A stretch of 64,000 nt of DNA from Carcharhinus amblyrhynchos (taxonomy: Eukaryota). Of this stretch, positions 63,461-64,000 are shown one piece after another; position 1 is the first letter of the stretch; each line of letters starts with the position of its first letter. The position numbers and the translations under genes are program-made. The notes beneath the pieces are model-generated. The model was given only the letters and a program-made list of their open reading frames with translations, was not told where the DNA came from and ran no database searches. The stretch is taken from the NCBI GenBank assembly GCA_965287045.1, contig OZ336874.1, forward strand, positions 17,608,001-17,672,000, given 5' to 3'.

Positions 63461-64000
63461 AACCTGCCACCAAGAGTTCTGAATGCAAGGGGGAGATGGG
63501 GGATGGGGAATAAGTAACAAATAAAAAATAATGTGGCAAAGTAAAGCGATTGTGTGTGAAGCTGGTGAAATTTAAATCCTTTCTCCCCCACCGCCATTTA
63601 AATAAAAGACATTAAGTCCCCGGTTTAAGAGCAGCTCCCTCCCAGTGCAAATCAAAAGAGAGGAGGGGAAATATCTATTTCGGATTTCTGTCGAGAAAAT
63701 CTGGGAGTTTCGAACCCATCTCCCAAAACCACTCTTTTTACGTCTCTTTCCGACATTGTGTAAAAATAAAATCTCCTGCTCCAGCAGTCGACGGCCACAG
63801 AGGGAGAAGAAAGTGTGTGTCGGGGTGGTGAGGAATAATTAACAGTTTGGGTGTTCTAGCACTTTTCTTCTGGCTTCACCTCTTTAAGCAGCGGAATAAA
63901 TCTAGCTCTCCCTCTCTCTCTCACACCTTCATTCAGCAAGCACAAATCTCCAACTCCACACAAAAAGCTCCAACCACAGTAATGCAAATAGGATTTTTTT

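Noticed and set aside
463-63842. Numerous 60-165-aa ORFs in the track
   Set aside because: Low-complexity or repeat-derived, often with non-ATG starts, and no recognisable domains apart from the LINE remnants listed

Overview
Eukaryotic, repeat-rich DNA with no host protein-coding exon that I can support. The repeat set (HE1-type tRNA-SINEs, CR1/HER1 LINEs, Deu-type SINEs, L2, Rex1/Babar, Penelope-like pieces, GGGC-ended MITE-like elements) points to a cartilaginous fish, probably a shark. That is pattern recognition, not a database search. The only ORFs that look like real protein are retroelement remnants: CR1 ORF2 C-terminus at 4641-5282, Rex1 at 48620-49033, and pieces of decayed CR1s. 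The last ~6 kb has no repeats I recognise and ends in a CpG/GC-rich patch, consistent with a large intron or upstream region near a promoter. The most notable structures are: (1) a rod-like inverted-repeat element ending in a minimal hammerhead-ribozyme motif (28166-28450), with two other hammerhead-bearing Penelope-like families; (2) four locally templated inverted insertions, three flanked by short direct repeats (4396, 36808, 47922, 48165); (3) three SINE/LINE shared-tail pairs; (4) a clean 234-bp solo LTR with a 5-bp TSD. Boundaries of old repeats are approximate, by tens of bp.
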